Shown here piece after piece: positions 47,193 through 61,210 of a stretch of DNA of 64,000 nt. The notes below the pieces were generated by a model. That model searched no databases. It saw only the letters and a list, made by a program, of their open reading frames with translations, and was not told the DNA's origin. Position numbers and translations under genes: made by a program. This stretch comes from Mobula hypostoma (taxonomy: Eukaryota). The stretch covers positions 237,088,001-237,152,000 of the forward strand of contig NC_086098.1 in the NCBI RefSeq assembly GCF_963921235.1, read 5' to 3'. Position 1 is the first letter of the stretch; each line of letters begins with the position of its first letter.

Positions 47193-50100
47193 TCATCGGG
47201 ACCTCTTCTGGGGCAGGTGGGACCTATACAAGAGAGACGGGTTACACTTGAAACACAAGGGGACCAATATCCTTTCAGGGAGGTTTGTTAGTGCTGTTGG
47301 GGAGGCTTTATACTAGATTTGCAGGGGGATGGGAACCAGAGTGCCAGAGCTGACAGTGTGGCTGGGGTGAAAATAAATGATGTTGAAAGTTTAAGCAAAT
47401 CCACTGATAGAAAGGTTGTGAGTGGTGGTGAAAATCTTCTGAGATGTATATATTTCAATGCCAGGAGTATTGCGGGGAAGGCGGATGAGTTGAGGGCGTG
47501 GATTGACACGTGGAGTTATGATGTTGTAGCAATTAGTGAAACTTGGCTACAGGAGGGTGAGGACTGGCAGCTTAATATTCCAGCGTTCCGATGTTTCAGA
47601 TGTGATCGAGGCAGAGGAATGAAAGGTGGGGGAGTAGCATTGTTTGTTAGGGAAAATATTACAACAGTGCTCAGGCAGGACAGATTAGAGGGCTTGTCTA
47701 CTGAGTCCTTATGGGTGGAGCTGAGAAACAGGAAAGGTATGGCCACATTAGTGGGATTGTATTACAGACCACTCAATAGTCAACGAGACTTGGAAGAGCA
47801 AATCTGCAGAGAGATAGCAGGCAACTGCAGGAAACATAAAGTTGTGGTGGTAGGGGATTTTAATTTTCCATACATTGATTGGGACTCCCATACTGTTAGG
47901 GGTCTAGATGGTTTAGAGTTTGTAAAATGTGTTCAGGAAAGTTTTCTAAATCAATATATAGAGGGACCAACTAGAGGGGATGCAATATTGGATCTCCTGT
48001 TAGGTAACGAATTAGGGCAAGTGACAGAAGTCTGTGTAGGGGAGCACTTTGGTTCCAGTGATCATAACACCATTAGTTTCAATTTGATCATGGACAAGGA
48101 TAGATCTGGTCCTAGGGTTGAGGTTCTGAACTGGAAGAAGGCCAAATTTGAAGAAATGAGAAAGGATCTAAAAAGCGTGGATTGGGGCAGGTTGTTCTCT
48201 GGCAAAGATGTGATTGGTAGGTGGGAAGCCCTCAAAGGGGAAATTTTGAGAGTGCAGAGTTTGTATGTTCCTGTCAGGATTAAAGGCAAATTGAATAGGA
48301 ATAAGGAACCTTGGTTCTCAAGGGATATTGCAACTCTGATAAAGAAGACGAGGGAGTTGTATGACATGTATAGGAAGCAGGGAGTAAATAACGTGCTTGG
48401 GGAGTATAAGAAGTGCAAGAAAATACTTAACAAAGAAATCAGGAGGGCTAAAAGAAGACATGAGGTTGCCTTGGCAGACAAAGTGAAAGATAATCCAAAG
48501 AGCTTTTACAAGTATATTAAGAGCAAAAGGATTGTAAGGGATAAAATTGCTCCTCTTGAAGATCAGAGTGGTCGGTTTTGTGCGGAACCAAAGGAAATGG
48601 GGGAGATCTGAAATAGGTTTTTTGAGTCTGCATTTACTCAGGAAGCTGGCATGAAATCTATAAAATTGAGGGAATCAAGTAGTGAGACCATGGAAACTGT
48701 ACAGATTGAAAAGGAGGAGGTGCTTGCTGTCTTGAGGAAAATTAAAGTGGATAAGTCCCCGGGACCTGACAGGGTGTTCCCTCGGACCTTGAAGGAGACT
48801 AGTGTTGAACTTGCGGGGGCCCTGGCAGAAATATTTAAAATGTCGCTGTCTACGGGTGAAGTGCCGGAGGATTGGAGAGTGGCTCATGTTGTTCCGTTCT
48901 TTATAAAAGGATCGAAAAGTAATCCGGGAAATTATAGGCCGGTGAGTTTAACGTCAGTATTAGCTAAGTTATTGGAGAGAGTACTAACAGACAGAACCTA
49001 CAAGCATTTGGATAGACAGGGGCTTATTAGGAAGAATCAACATGGCTTTGTGCGTGGTAGGTCATGTTTGACCAATTTGTTGGAGATTTTCGAGGAGGTT
49101 ACCAGGAAAGTGGATGAAGGGAAGGCAGTGGATATTGTCTACAGGACTTCAGTAAGGCCTTTGACAAGGTCCCGCATGGGAGGTTAGTTAGGAAAATTCA
49201 GTATACATGGAGAGGTGGTAATTGGATTAGACATTGGCTCGATGGAAGAAGCCAGAGAGTGGTGGTAGAGAATTACTTCTCTGAGTGGAGGCCTGTGACT
49301 AGTGGTGTGCCACAGGGATCAGTGCTGGGTCCATTGTTATTTGTCATCTATATCAATGATCTGGATGATAATGTGGTAAATTGGATCAGCAAGTTTGCTG
49401 ATGATACAAAGATTGGAGGTGTAGTAGACAGTGAGGAAGGTTTTCAGAGCTTGCAGAGGGACTTGGACCAGCTGGAAAAATTGGCTGAAAAATGGCAGAT
49501 GGAGTTTAATACTGACTAGTGTGAGGTATTGCACGTTGGAAGGACAAACCAACGTAGAACATACAGGGTTAATGGTAAGGCACTGAGGAGTGCAGTGGAA
49601 CAGAGGGATCTGGGAATACAGATACAAAATTCCCTAAAAGTGTCGTCACAGGTAGATAGGGTCGTAAAGAGAGCTTTTGGTACATTGGCCTTTATTAATC
49701 GAAGTATTGAGTATAAGAGCTGGAATGTTATGATGAGGTTGTATAAGGCATTGGTGAGGCCGAATCTGGAGCATTGTGTTCAGTTTTGGTCACCAAATTA
49801 CAGGAAGGATATAAATAAGGTTGAAAGAGTGCAGAGAAGGTTTACAAGGATGTTGCCGGGACTTGAGAAACTCAGTTACAGAGAAAGGTTGAATAGGTTA
49901 GGACTTTATTCCCTAGAGCGTAGAAGAATGAGGGGAGATTTTATAGAGGTATATAAAATTATGATGGGTATAGATAGAGTAAATGCAAGCAGGCTTTTTC
50001 CACTGAGGCAAGGGGAGAAAAATACCAGAGGACATGGGTTAAGTGTGAGGGGGGAAAAGTTTAAAGGGAACATTAGTGGGGGCTTCTTCACACAGAGAGT

Positions 50101-50310
50101 GGTGGGAGTATGGAATGAACTGCCAGACGAGGTGGTAAATGCGGGTTCTTTTTTAACATTTAAGAATAAATTGGACAGATACATGGATGGGAGGTGTATG
50201 GAGGGATATGGTCCGTGTGCAGGTCAGTGGGACTAGGCAGAAAATGGTTCGGCACAGCCAAGAAGGGCCAAAAGGCCTGTTCTGTGCTGTAGTTTCTATG
50301 GTTCTATGGT
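47193..50310 (+). mobile_element. Young CR1 LINE, ORF1 end plus nearly complete ORF2 with few lesions
   Basis: A 430-aa open endonuclease frame (47319-48611), premature stops at 48609-48611 and 49517-49519, a frameshift and small deletion near 49140-49200, and tail tttctatggttctatgg. Confidence 0.95.
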
Positions 50311-51154
50311 TGGGTTGTATATGTACTTTGATAATTTATTTGCTTTGACTTGGACTTTGGGGCTGAGAAAGAGAAAGACACCAACTCTGTGTAGTTTAGG
50401 GAAATGAGAGCGATGACTTTGAATGAGAAGATACTGAATTAATAACAAAGGGGACGCGAGGTGTGATTCCTCTTTTGAATGCTGTGGGATGAGTAATAGT
50501 GGACAGAATGAGTAACTGTGACGTGACCCTGTTCAGTTGGGAATTATCAATTTACGAAGTTCTCTCTCTCAGAGCCCCATCAATTCTTAGAGCCCGAACT
50601 GTTTCCAGTGTGGCATTGACAGTTGTTTTCGCACAGCGTGATCCAGCATCACACCTTGCAAAACCGATGCCCCTATATCTGTCTATGCTACAACTCTCCC
50701 CAGGGTTCTGCCTCCTGCCACGAAATGTCCTGCATTATTTTCTCCAAGTGTAACTTGCAAACAATGTAAACTACTTGCTTATCCCAATATTCCAATGGTG
50801 AAACAAGTATCGGTCTCAGCTGTACACCAGAGGGAACAGTCCTCCAAACTGAAGAAGGACAATTCAGAATCACTCTCCGTCTAATGTCACACAGGCAGTT
50901 ATTGCATAGGCAATTGCTTCACTCAGCTGGCACCTTTATCCAAGCCTCTTCACCAGCCCAGCGTGCCCAATCTTGTCAATGATTCACCTAGTTCATAGAG
51001 ACAACAGGTAGTTCAGCGCACAACTCGAGCTTACCAAAATATTAATACTCCAAACTGGTGCCCTCCGCCTCGATATATTCCTTCACTATTCAGTGACTGA
51101 ATATTTCCTTCCTGCCTGAGGGTTCATCACGAAACGCACCGGGAGCACCGGACG

Positions 51155-53075
51155 CAGTGGTGGGAACGAATGGACAAGGGAGTCGCGTAGGGTGCGATCC
51201 CTGCGGAAAGCAGAAGGGGTTGGGGGGCGGGGAGGTGGGGAAGATGTGCTTGGTGGTGGGATCCCGTTGGAGGTGGCGGAAGATACGGAGAATTATATGT
51301 CGACTCCCTTGTCCATTCGTCCTCTCATCCCTTCACACCGATCTCCCTCCCGACACTTATCCTTGTAAGCGGAACAAGTGCTACAGATGCCCTTACACCG
51401 CCTCTCTCACCACTATTCAGGGCCCCAGACAGTCCTTCTAGGTGAGGCGACACTTCACCTGTGAGTCGGCTGGGGTGATATACTGCGTCCGGTGCTCCCA
51501 CTGCGGCCTTCTATATATTGGCGCCACCCGACGCAAGCTGGGATACCGTTTCCATGAACACCAACGCTCCGTCCACCAGATAAAGCAAGAACTCCCAATG
51601 GCCACACATTTTAATTCCACGTCCCATTCCCATTCTGATATGTCATCCACGGCCTCCTCTACCGTCAAGATAAAGCCACACTCAGGTTGGAGGAACAACA
51701 CTTTATATTCCGTCTGGGATGCCTCCAACCTGATGGCATGAATATTGACTTCTCCAACTTCCGTTAATACCCCGCCTCCCCTTCACACCCCATCCATTAT
51801 TTGGTTATATAATGTATATTTATATTGTTACGTACCCCGTAACTGGGTTGCCAAACCAGCAGAAATGGATCACTCAGTTGGAGTCTGGAGTACTAGAACT
51901 AAGAAAGTTTTATTAAAGAAACAAGCAACACAGTAATCGAAAGGATAATAAATGCAACAGTTCAACAATGATAACCACACATGTGCACAGAATTAAGATA
52001 ACAGCATCAATCAAGCTCTATCGTTGTCTAGGGGTAAATGACCAAATTTAAAAGTGACTCAAAGTTCAGTCCAGTTTAGTAGTTCAGTTCGCAGTAATCG
52101 TTGCCATGGCGATGGATAACGTGGGGGAAGAGAGAGAGAGAGAGAACCGGAACAACTGATCATTCAGACACAGCTTCACTCACAGACCTGCGATATTGCT
52201 CACAAGCAACTTTTGGGCGGGTCCTTGGTGATGTCATTTGAGATCACCGACTGTGACCCCTCCTCCAGATGCGGTCGATCCTCTGCAGTGAACCCGGCAC
52301 CCAGGCAAGGGCGGACACACACCGGGTTCCCGCTGATCGTACTTTTCCACCCCGGGCGTTGTCTGATACTTCTCACCGACTCGTGAGAGGCGTACCGCTT
52401 CCAGGGTCTCGTTACCTCGGGTGTCGTGTGTGTCCTGCCTTAGCGAACTGGTCCCTTATCCCCCTGCTGGGGTATCGCCTGTCCATCACTTCAAACAGTT
52501 CAGGGTTCAAAGGGGGAGCCGCTCCAGACAGCTCTCTCTCCCACGTCCCTTCATTACACATCTCCAGACGCTGCTCCATTGTTCCTTATCTCTCCTTCCC
52601 CTGAGGGCAGGTGGCAGACCACTTGCTGATGTCACTGATCCTAACCCAGGCCAGCAAACATCTTAATTTTATGTGTATTCTCGTCACAATATATATATAT
52701 ATATATTTATAATTCCCCCCCCCCTTTTTTCTCTCTCTTTTTTCTCCCTCTGTCTCTCTCTCTCTATAACTCCTTGCCTTCTCTCCACCCTACGGGCTCC
52801 CCTCCCTACTTCTCTTTCTCCCCAGGCTTCCCGTCCCATGATCCTTCTCCAGCATGTTAGCCCTTTTGCCAATCAACTTTCCAGCTCTTTGATCCACCCA
52901 TCCCCTCCTGTCTTTTCCTATCATTTCGGATCTCACCAGTCCCCCTCCCACGTTCAAATCTCTTACTATCCCTTCTTTCAGTTAGTCCTGACAAAGTGTC
53001 CAGGGCCAAAACGTCGAATGCACCTCTTCCTATAGATGCTGCCTGACCTGCTGCGTTCACCAGCATTTTTTGAGG
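51155..53075 (+). mobile_element. Penelope-like element 3' portion (GIY-YIG endonuclease) with 5' inversion, split by a solo LTR
   Basis: HFTCESAGVIYCVRCSHCGLLYIGATRRKLGYRFHEH...PMATHFN (51442-51741). The terminus has a decayed hammerhead core at 52988-53015. Confidence 0.88.
51826..52688. mobile_element. Solo LTR with 4-bp TSD ATAT
   Basis: TGTTACGTACCCCGTAACTGGG...TCTCGTCACA, with ATAT at 51822-51825 and 52689-52692. It is the same family as 19239-20093. Confidence 0.92.
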
Positions 53076-54369
53076 ATAGTCCGTTTCTTGAGCTTCCGCA
53101 AGTGAACGTGAGGTGGCAGCAGACATCAAGTATTGGTTTGAGTCGGACCAGATCTTCCGAAGGATTTCACCAGCGTTAATTAGAGGTAGATTGCGTTCCC
53201 AAAGCGCCTATCATTGTTTCAGACAGCCCAATTAGTTCTGGACTAATGAGTTAATTGTTGAGCTGTGGTTACTGCTATGACGAAACGAATAGGAGAGCCA
53301 GTTTCAGACCGGATCGGGTATTTTGGTGAAGTCGTTTGAGGGATCTCTACCAGTTCTGTTTCCTGGAGAAAATTCACCGTCCATGCCCTCGAGCGCTGCT
53401 CAGAGTACTCATATCCATCAGTGTGGCCGTTAGGTCCTTGGTTGAATGGGAGATCCACCCAAGCTGTACAACCACAGTGTATGGGTGCCTCAGTACCCTC
53501 CCCTCCACTAATGCCCTTCCATTATGCCCCTGATGCCTCCATCTTTCGTGTTGACTTCAGTGCATTGTTAATTTTGAACTACAACTGTTCAAATTGGAAT
53601 GAACAGCTTTCCCATTACATTCGCTATCGTACAGGAAGGTAATTCCATTATGTTGACGCTATAAATAAAATATGGAACCATTTGTAAGGCCAAAAATCTT
53701 GAGTAAACAAAGAAAATGTACTTGTAACCTAACCCCTCCAGTCAGATAAACGAACAGGTTATGCAGCCCAGGGAGACTGCTACATCTCCTGAACGCTTAT
53801 GCAGAGGAAATGAATGAGGTATTTAATTCAGTTAACAAGTTGCACCGGAAGCACCGAAGCCCCTTCAATCTCGGGACAGGTGCAGGGAACAGGCGATGGA
53901 GACCTTCCCTTCAACTGCATCAAACCTGATGTGTGCTTTTTACTTACCCAAGACCTGTTACCATACATAGTGTTACTGATTAATCAAACAGGGACAAAGA
54001 TTTATAAAACCGTCTCGCAAGGTAATTTAATCAGTCGCTGGAGAGAAGAGGCTCAATTTCATCTGGTGGACAGCCAGTAGTCTCCATTCTATAAACGTGG
54101 ATCGCGTGGGACAACTTACGGGTACTGGGATAAAAGTGAGGGACAGTAATGTGGATAACACTGAGAGATAATTATTATTTCGATAGAGCGAGAATCAGTC
54201 CTGGGCCTCACACAATCACAACTGATCCAAGTGACCCAGAGGAAAGTTCAAAGTTGTTTTCAAATGGGTGTAAGTAACGAATGCTACTTTTACAGAGATG
54301 CTCTGTGGTGGTTCATAAAATATACTGTAAAATTAACTTGAAACTAAAGCAAGTGGTTCAGCGTTCCTT

Positions 54370-54735
54370 CCTGCTACCCTTATAAACTTCTAGGTCTCTG
54401 TCATTACCTAGTTTTGAAACTTTCTTAAGCTCTTCTTTTTTCCTTGACGAGATTTACAACAGTCTTTGTACACCACTGTTCCTGTACCTTACTATCCTTT
54501 CCCTGTCTCATTGGAACGTACCTATGCAGAACTCCAAGCAAATATCCCCTGAACATTTGTCACATTTCTTCCGTACGTTTCCGTGAGAATATCTGTTTCC
54601 AATTTATGTTTCCAAATTCCTGCCTGATAGCCATATATTTTGCCGTAATCCAATTAAATTTTCCTAACTTGTCTGTTCCCACCCCTCTCCAATGCTATGG
54701 GAAAGGAGGTAGAATTATGATCACAGTAATACTGG
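54370..54735 (-). mobile_element. CR1 linker fragment
   Basis: The reverse complement matches CR1 post-endonuclease sequence, as at 57400-57700. Confidence 0.7.
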
Positions 54736-54744
54736 ATCGGTCAA

Positions 54745-55960
54745 ATAATTTGTAGAACTCTGGCTCTAAACCTGAATCAGACTTCAATTTATAGTAACGT
54801 ATTGTCTCTCTTGAGTTCGTAATCTAAAGCTAAATTGCGTTAAATGATGTTTGGTCCATGATGTGCACGAATAAGTAATTCAATTGATTTAATCTACGGA
54901 AGGTTCCTGTGTCTTGCGATGTGTTAGATTGTTTCTAGTTTCTTGGCATTTTCTGCATTTATCGTCTTGAATGTCTTTTTATTTTATTCTGTATTTTTGA
55001 TGTTTTTGTATTAGCCACCTGGTCTGGTATTGCCTCAAGAACTGTTCGGTTTCTAGGAAGAGGTCTCCAACTCTGAGTCAGGGTTTAGACGCTACCTTGT
55101 GTATATCTAATTTGCTCTGATTGTCAGGATAGCAACCGTGGAGGGCTCTGCACTTCCATTGGTAAACCAACTTTCTTTGATGGTGAAATTTGCTTCACTT
55201 TTCTGAATTTTGTTTTTATTTAAGTTCAGTGGTGTGTTCCTCTTTTCAGAATTGCATATCCTCTTGTGTAGGACTGAATCTTGTTTTCGTTGATGAAAAT
55301 ATATCCTTAGAAGTTTTACATGATTTTTGTGTATTTTTATGCATGTTCTTTCTCTTCCTTCTTCTGTCCTAGTTAGTGTTGATCTAAATATTTTCGAGTA
55401 ATAGTAACGTTTTCTAAAATTCGTAATTCATGTCTTATTTTCTATGTAAATTGTCCAGATTAGTTTTGTCCCAGGATATCATTAAAATAATGCAGTCTGC
55501 TCACATGCCCATAGCGAAATTGATTATTGCCTTGGTTATATCTTTTCTATTGAGCTCTTCTGCAGGATTTGTTAAGTCTTGAAATAAATTCTATCGAACG
55601 ATTTCTGTTTCTATCCCTATGAACTATTTTTCCAGACACACCCTCTATGAACTATGCTTTCTTTGCTGACATCCCAGATACGTATAGGTTTCATATTCAT
55701 CCATCGGTTGTATTGTGTTCCGCTGCCCTGTTTGATATTCTACCTGCTCTATCACATTTTTCTTTATGTTTAATTTTCTTCCCTTATCTAGTCAAAAGTC
55801 TATGTTTATATCTTTCGAAAGCAGTTCTACTATATGATCTAATTGCTTTAGCTTTACGGCTGAAGGAGAGTATAATTTCCAATTGTTCATCGATAGAATG
55901 TTTGTCAAGGTATAGTTCGTTTGGTTGCTTCTGATTTGACACCGTATGCTTATCCGAGTA
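54745..55960 (-). mobile_element. Ancient R4/Dong-like non-LTR retrotransposon (RT C-terminal half to CCHC)
   Basis: Across frameshifts it reads YTLTNILSMNNWKLYSPSAVKLKQLDHIVELLSKDINIDF*LDK (decayed YMDD region), IQPMDEYETYTYLG, ELNRKDITKAIINFA and ISWDKTNLDNLHRK. 54750-55100 is homologous to 27420-27770. Confidence 0.7.
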
Positions 55961-57369
55961 AGTGAAATAGGGAGCGTGTTTAAATATAGATAAAAACTAT
56001 TGCGGTAATAGAGAGTTGCCCCCTTTTGAACTACTGAAATGCCAACACATCATTTTTTCGATATGGAGCCTAAAATTTATCACAATTTCCAAATGCGGTT
56101 TCACCAAGTACAGGCTGTTAGCCAGAATCACTGCTCAGGCATGGCTGTTGGTGGGAAAAGCACAATCATAATTCACACCACGGTTACAGTGCAGCGTGAA
56201 TGACGCTTGCCTCCGACCAGCCTTAGGTGAGTGTTCTCCGAGTAATAAACTGCGCTTCATTATTTGGGCAGATATGAATGTCACATGTCTTGCCCCGATT
56301 TCATGATTGGAGATATGAAAAACGTGAAGCAAGGACCGTTCCAGATTTCTGAATACCCAGATGGCTTGATGCTGCTTTATAGACATAGCACGATTTTACC
56401 GCCATTTCAGAGATCAGATTTATTTTAAACCGATTAAACCAGTAATGCATGGCTTTCTAAATGCTGGATCTGATACGGTGCAACTGTAATGTAGTTTATG
56501 CCTATGGCAGAGTGAGATGCAAACTAAGACAATCAGTGAAAGTGATTTGAATCCGTAGCCGTCGCTCAATGGTGGTTGATTTCTTGATTTTTGAGTTGTA
56601 CCGTTTCTACGTTTCAATATCTGTCTTCAGGTTATCTATGTGATTCCAAGGATAGGAAATGTCTTACTGTGGGCAGCATTTTGGAGTGTTTTTATTAAGG
56701 GGGTAAAGTTATCAATGAGAAGGAACAGAGGAATGACTAAAGGCAGCATTTCGAAATTTCGAATCACTGTGACATTTCATTATAAGCTGGATGCTGCGAA
56801 GATCTCTGTTTTCTCTTCGGTACTCTGTATTTCATTTGAATGTCAGGGAAAGCGTCAGGAGTATTTTATCCATGTTTGCGTATCAGGTGTGATACACCCT
56901 ATGTGGCTAGATACATCCTACAAAGCTAGGCCAAAATAGCAACTAGGAAATGAAAAGTGTTCGTGAAGAATTATATCAATGGATAATTAGAGAAAAAGCG
57001 TGGCATCGTGTGTATATCTATAAGTTTGTTGACGGTGATATTCAGAAGCAGGACTGGCAGTTGGGTCAATGATGTTTCATAAATGGTTCTTCACCTAGCA
57101 GAGGGGTTAAAATTTATTGAAAGTAAGTTCTAAAACGATTAAAAGGGTAACGAGTGGAAATTAATGCATCGGTGTGTATGTCTGAAATTTTCTCTTACGG
57201 AAAGGTTTATGATGCTGAAAGTCTGTATGAGCTACAGAAGAGATTGTTGACTTTGCAAGTATTGAATTATTCAATGAATGTGATCCAGTACTTCCAATAA
57301 GCAATTCACTTCTGGAGTGATGAAGGCGAATTTAAAAATGACAATGCTTTACATAGCTCTCTGTCAAAG

Positions 57370-59230
57370 AGTAAAAGGGGAAAATATGATGCTATTAGGC
57401 AGGAACCTGGGAGCCTAAATTGTGAGTAGGTGTTCTCAGGGATATGCAGGGCAAAAATGTGGCAAATGTTCAGAGAATATTTGCATGGAACTCTGCATAG
57501 GTATGTTCCATTGAGGCAGGGAAAGGATGGTAGAGACTCATGGTGTACAAAGGATGTAGAAAATCCAGTTAAGAAGAAAACGAAATCTTACGAATGGTTC
57601 AAGAAACTAGGTACTATTAGAGATCAAGAGAATTGCAAGATTTCTAGGATGAAGCTTAGGAACGGAACTCGGAGAGCCTGAAGGTGCCATGAGAAGGCCT
57701 TGGGCAGGATGAAGGGAAATGGAAAGGCATCCTACAAGTATGTGAAGGGCAGGAGGATGATCTGTGCGAGACCAATGAGGTGCGATAGTGGAAACGTATG
57801 CATGGAGACAGAGAGGTTGCGGAAGTACCTAACCACTATTAACCAGGGGAAAAGACCTTGGCAATTGTGGGGGTGACTTACTGCAGACCGAAACGTTTGA
57901 GCATAGAGACATTGAGAAAGAGGATGCGCAGGAGCTTTTGAAAAGCATAAGTTAAGTAAATTACCGGGACCGGATGAGATATACCCCAGGCTATTGTGGG
58001 AAGCGAGGGAGAAGATTGTTGAGACTCTTACAATGGTCTTTGCATCATCAATAGGAACGGGATAAGTACCGAAGGATTGGAGGGTTGCAGATGTTGTTCC
58101 TTTGTTCAAGAAAGGGAGTAGAGATAAGCTAGGAAAGTGTAGATCAATGATTCTGATTTCAGTGGTGGGAAGGTTGTTGAAGAAGATCCTGAGACTCAAG
58201 GAGACATTGCTTTGAGGATCGAGAATTGGCTTGTCCAAAGAAGGCAAAGAGTGCTTGTAGATGGTTCACATTCTGCATGGAAGTCGGTGACCAGTGGTGT
58301 TTCTCACGGATCTGTTCTGGGACCCCTCGTCTTTGTGATTTTTATAAATGAACTGAATGAAGAAGAAGAGTAGTGGTTTGGTAAGTTTGCTGACGACACA
58401 AAGGTTGGGGATGTTGTGGACAGTCTGGAGCGTTGTCAAAAATTACAGCGGGACGTCGATAGGATGCAGAACTGCGCTGAGAAGTGGTAGATTGACTTCA
58501 GCCCAGATAAGTACGAAGTAGTTTATTTTCGGAGGTCCAAATTGAAGAAATAATATACTTTTAATGATAAGGTTCTAACGATAGGACATTCAAACCTGCT
58601 GATCAGATTGAAAGGGTTGTTGAGAAGGCATATGGTGAGTTTCCATTCATCAACTAAGGGAGTGAGTTCAAGATCGGTGAGGTAATGTTACAGCTATATA
58701 AGACCTTGTTCAGACCCTACCTGGAGTACGGTGTTCAGTTCTGGTCACCTCACCACAAGAAGAATGTGGAAACTATAGAGAGAATGCAGAAGAGATTTAC
58801 AAAGATGTTTCCTGGAACGGAGGGTGTACCTTATGAGAGTAGGCTGCATGTTCTTGACCTTTACTCCTTGGAGTGACGGAGGCCGAGAGGTGACCTGATA
58901 GAAGTATATAAGATGATGAGGGGCATTGATCGTTTCTATAGCCAGAGTGACTTTTCCAGGGCTGAAATTGTTAAAACGATGGGGCATAGATTTATCGGGC
59001 TTGGAAATAGGTAACGAGAGAATGTCAGGGGTAAGTTTTTCACTCAGAGAGCAGTGGGTGCGTGGAATGCACTGACAGCGCTGGTAGTGAAAATGGATAC
59101 AATATGGTCTTTTAGGAGCCGCTTACATAGGTACATAGAGCGTAGAAAAATAGAAGCTATGTGCTAGGGGAATTCCAGACAAATCTATAGTAGATTACAT
59201 GGTCGGCACTACATTGTGGGTGGAAGGGTC
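57370..59230 (+). mobile_element. Degenerate CR1 ORF2 3' two-thirds
   Basis: PGPDEIYPRLLWE, GSVLGPL, KFADDTK, RPYLEYGVQFWSP and a 3' tail at ~59225. Confidence 0.88.
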
Positions 59231-60879
59231 CATAATGTGCTGTAAATTTCTATCTTCTATGTTCTAAAAAGTGAGCTGTGAAAATATAACACGGTGTTCT
59301 CGAATTTCCGTTAGTAACCATGAGGTGGCGGTACAGAGACACCGATGTCATTCCAGGCGCTGCAGAGCAGTTTCGCAACGATGCGTTTTGCTGGCGGCTG
59401 TCGCCATTCTGGACAGCCCAGCAAGCGGTTTACACCATAAACCCATTGATGAGATGTCGTCATTCCAGTAATATGTTCAACAGGGCATTTGGTGGCAAAT
59501 CGCATTATCAGCTTTGCTAACTGTGGTCACGGGGAAGAAGGTTTCACTTCCCTCAGAAAAGTAAGTGGTTGAGTACAATTGTCTGACTAGCAACGAAATA
59601 GTGCACTTCACAGAAATATATTAATGTTACCACTCTGCAATTGCCTTTCTCTTAGTGCACTATTTACTGCTTCCGTCTAGTAACTCACTGACTTAAATCG
59701 CTGTTGGTAGCATAATCGTGCCTTAATACTTCACGTGAATCAATTGAAAGCTTACTCAGAGCAGATACACGGGTGCAGAGATGCAACACGGGCGCAGCTG
59801 AAAGCCAGTCGGAACCCGAGAAGCTGAAAGAAACTAGTTAGCAACACTGGGAATGGAGCCCATCGAACCAAACACAAACATGGTTTTGGTTAATTCGAGG
59901 ACCTGTTACCTGGGGAGTAACAAGGAGATTTGGCCACTGCGGCCTGCAATGGTGGAACAGGATGGGATATTCTGTTCATCTGACATGAGAGGGATAATAA
60001 ATCAGCCATGATAGAATGCCGAGCAGACTTGCTGGACCAAATGGCCTAACGCTGCAGCTATGCATCATGGTCCAAGACTAATCAGCACATTTTACAGGAC
60101 TCAGGGACTACTCCTGTTCACAACCTTAATTACTCCTTAAAGTGATATGTATGTTGATCACATCTCTCCGAATCATCAAGTATGCCAGAATTGGTACAAT
60201 GTCGACTGTACCTCTTCATTTAGATGCTGCCGGGCTTGCTGCGTTCACCAGCATTTTTGTGTGTGTGTTGCTTGAATTTCCAGCATCTGCAGATTTCCTC
60301 GTGTCTGGGACTTTCCTCAATCTTTTATTTATTGTCTTTGGCAGAGAGATGTGCAACATTTTGGCATTTTGACACATATTCTCAGTAGCACCGATATAAA
60401 CCTGTTTACTGCAGACACTCGATCATTCTCATGGAGCAATTAAGAGATCGAATAACAGAAAATCGTTTCCACAACTGAGGGAGAAGCTAGTTGGACAAAT
60501 GATGTCGCTAGCTCCAATCGGCCGTCTTCAGTGCAATTGCATTTTACAAGTTCACATGTAGCCACAAACGCCCACAATCCATTAGGTTTATTGTATATTC
60601 CGCCAGTCTGTCTGCAAATTGTTTAAAGGAATGGATATCGGTCCCACAGATTCTGTGTCCCACAAGTGATTCCCAGTTAAGCCAACAGTTTGAAAACTCA
60701 GACGATTGTGCATTATCTGGTGAAGGTAACTGCAATATCTTCACCGGATGGTGCACAACCAAGAGTGTTTTTCGCAATCACTGCGATCATTCAACCAAGG
60801 AATTAGCAAATTTGAACGATTGGCATTGTGTACAATGGAGTCAGTCTACTGCTTCCAATTCTTTTAAAATAGTTTCGGA

Positions 60880-61210
60880 AACATAGAAACACAGAAACAT
60901 AGAAAACCTACAGCACAACAGAGGCCCTTCGGCTCACAATGCTGTGCCGAATATGTACTTAAGCAGAAATTACCTAAGGTTATACATTGCCCTCTATTTT
61001 TATAAGCTCCATGTACCTATCCAGGAGGCCCCTAAAAGACCTTATCGTATCTGCCTCCAGCACCGTTGCCGGCAGCCCATTCTACGTACTCCCCATACTC
61101 TGCGTAAAAAACTTACCCCTGACAGCTCCTCTGTACTTACTTCCAAGCACCTTAAAACTATGCCCTCTCGTATTAGCCATTTCAACCCTGGGAAACAAAC
61201 CTCTGTCTAT
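60880..61210 (-). mobile_element. CR1 3' end interrupted by the Gypsy element
   Basis: Tail acatagaaacacagaaacatag followed by CR1 C-terminal antisense sequence up to the TG at 61211. Confidence 0.8.

Noticed and set aside
50780-50880. Frame reading SNGETSIGLSCTPEG, resembling V FR1
   Set aside because: There is no conserved Trp, second Cys or YYC downstream, and no suitable splice acceptor.
53940-54170. Two minus-strand GTAAGT donor-like sites with short J- or leader-like upstream sequence
   Set aside because: There is no FGxG/WGxG motif, no valid RSS and no ATG, so I could not link them to a gene.
56000-57350. Non-repeat-looking stretch with acceptor-like sites and an octamer-like ATGCAAAC
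   Set aside because: No frame gave a recognisable protein, and I found no homology to the IgL flanks by eye.
59470-59566. Hydrophobic WWQIALSALLTVVTG segment resembling a leader exon
   Set aside because: There is no in-frame ATG, an upstream stop, no GT at the expected position and no V exon nearby.
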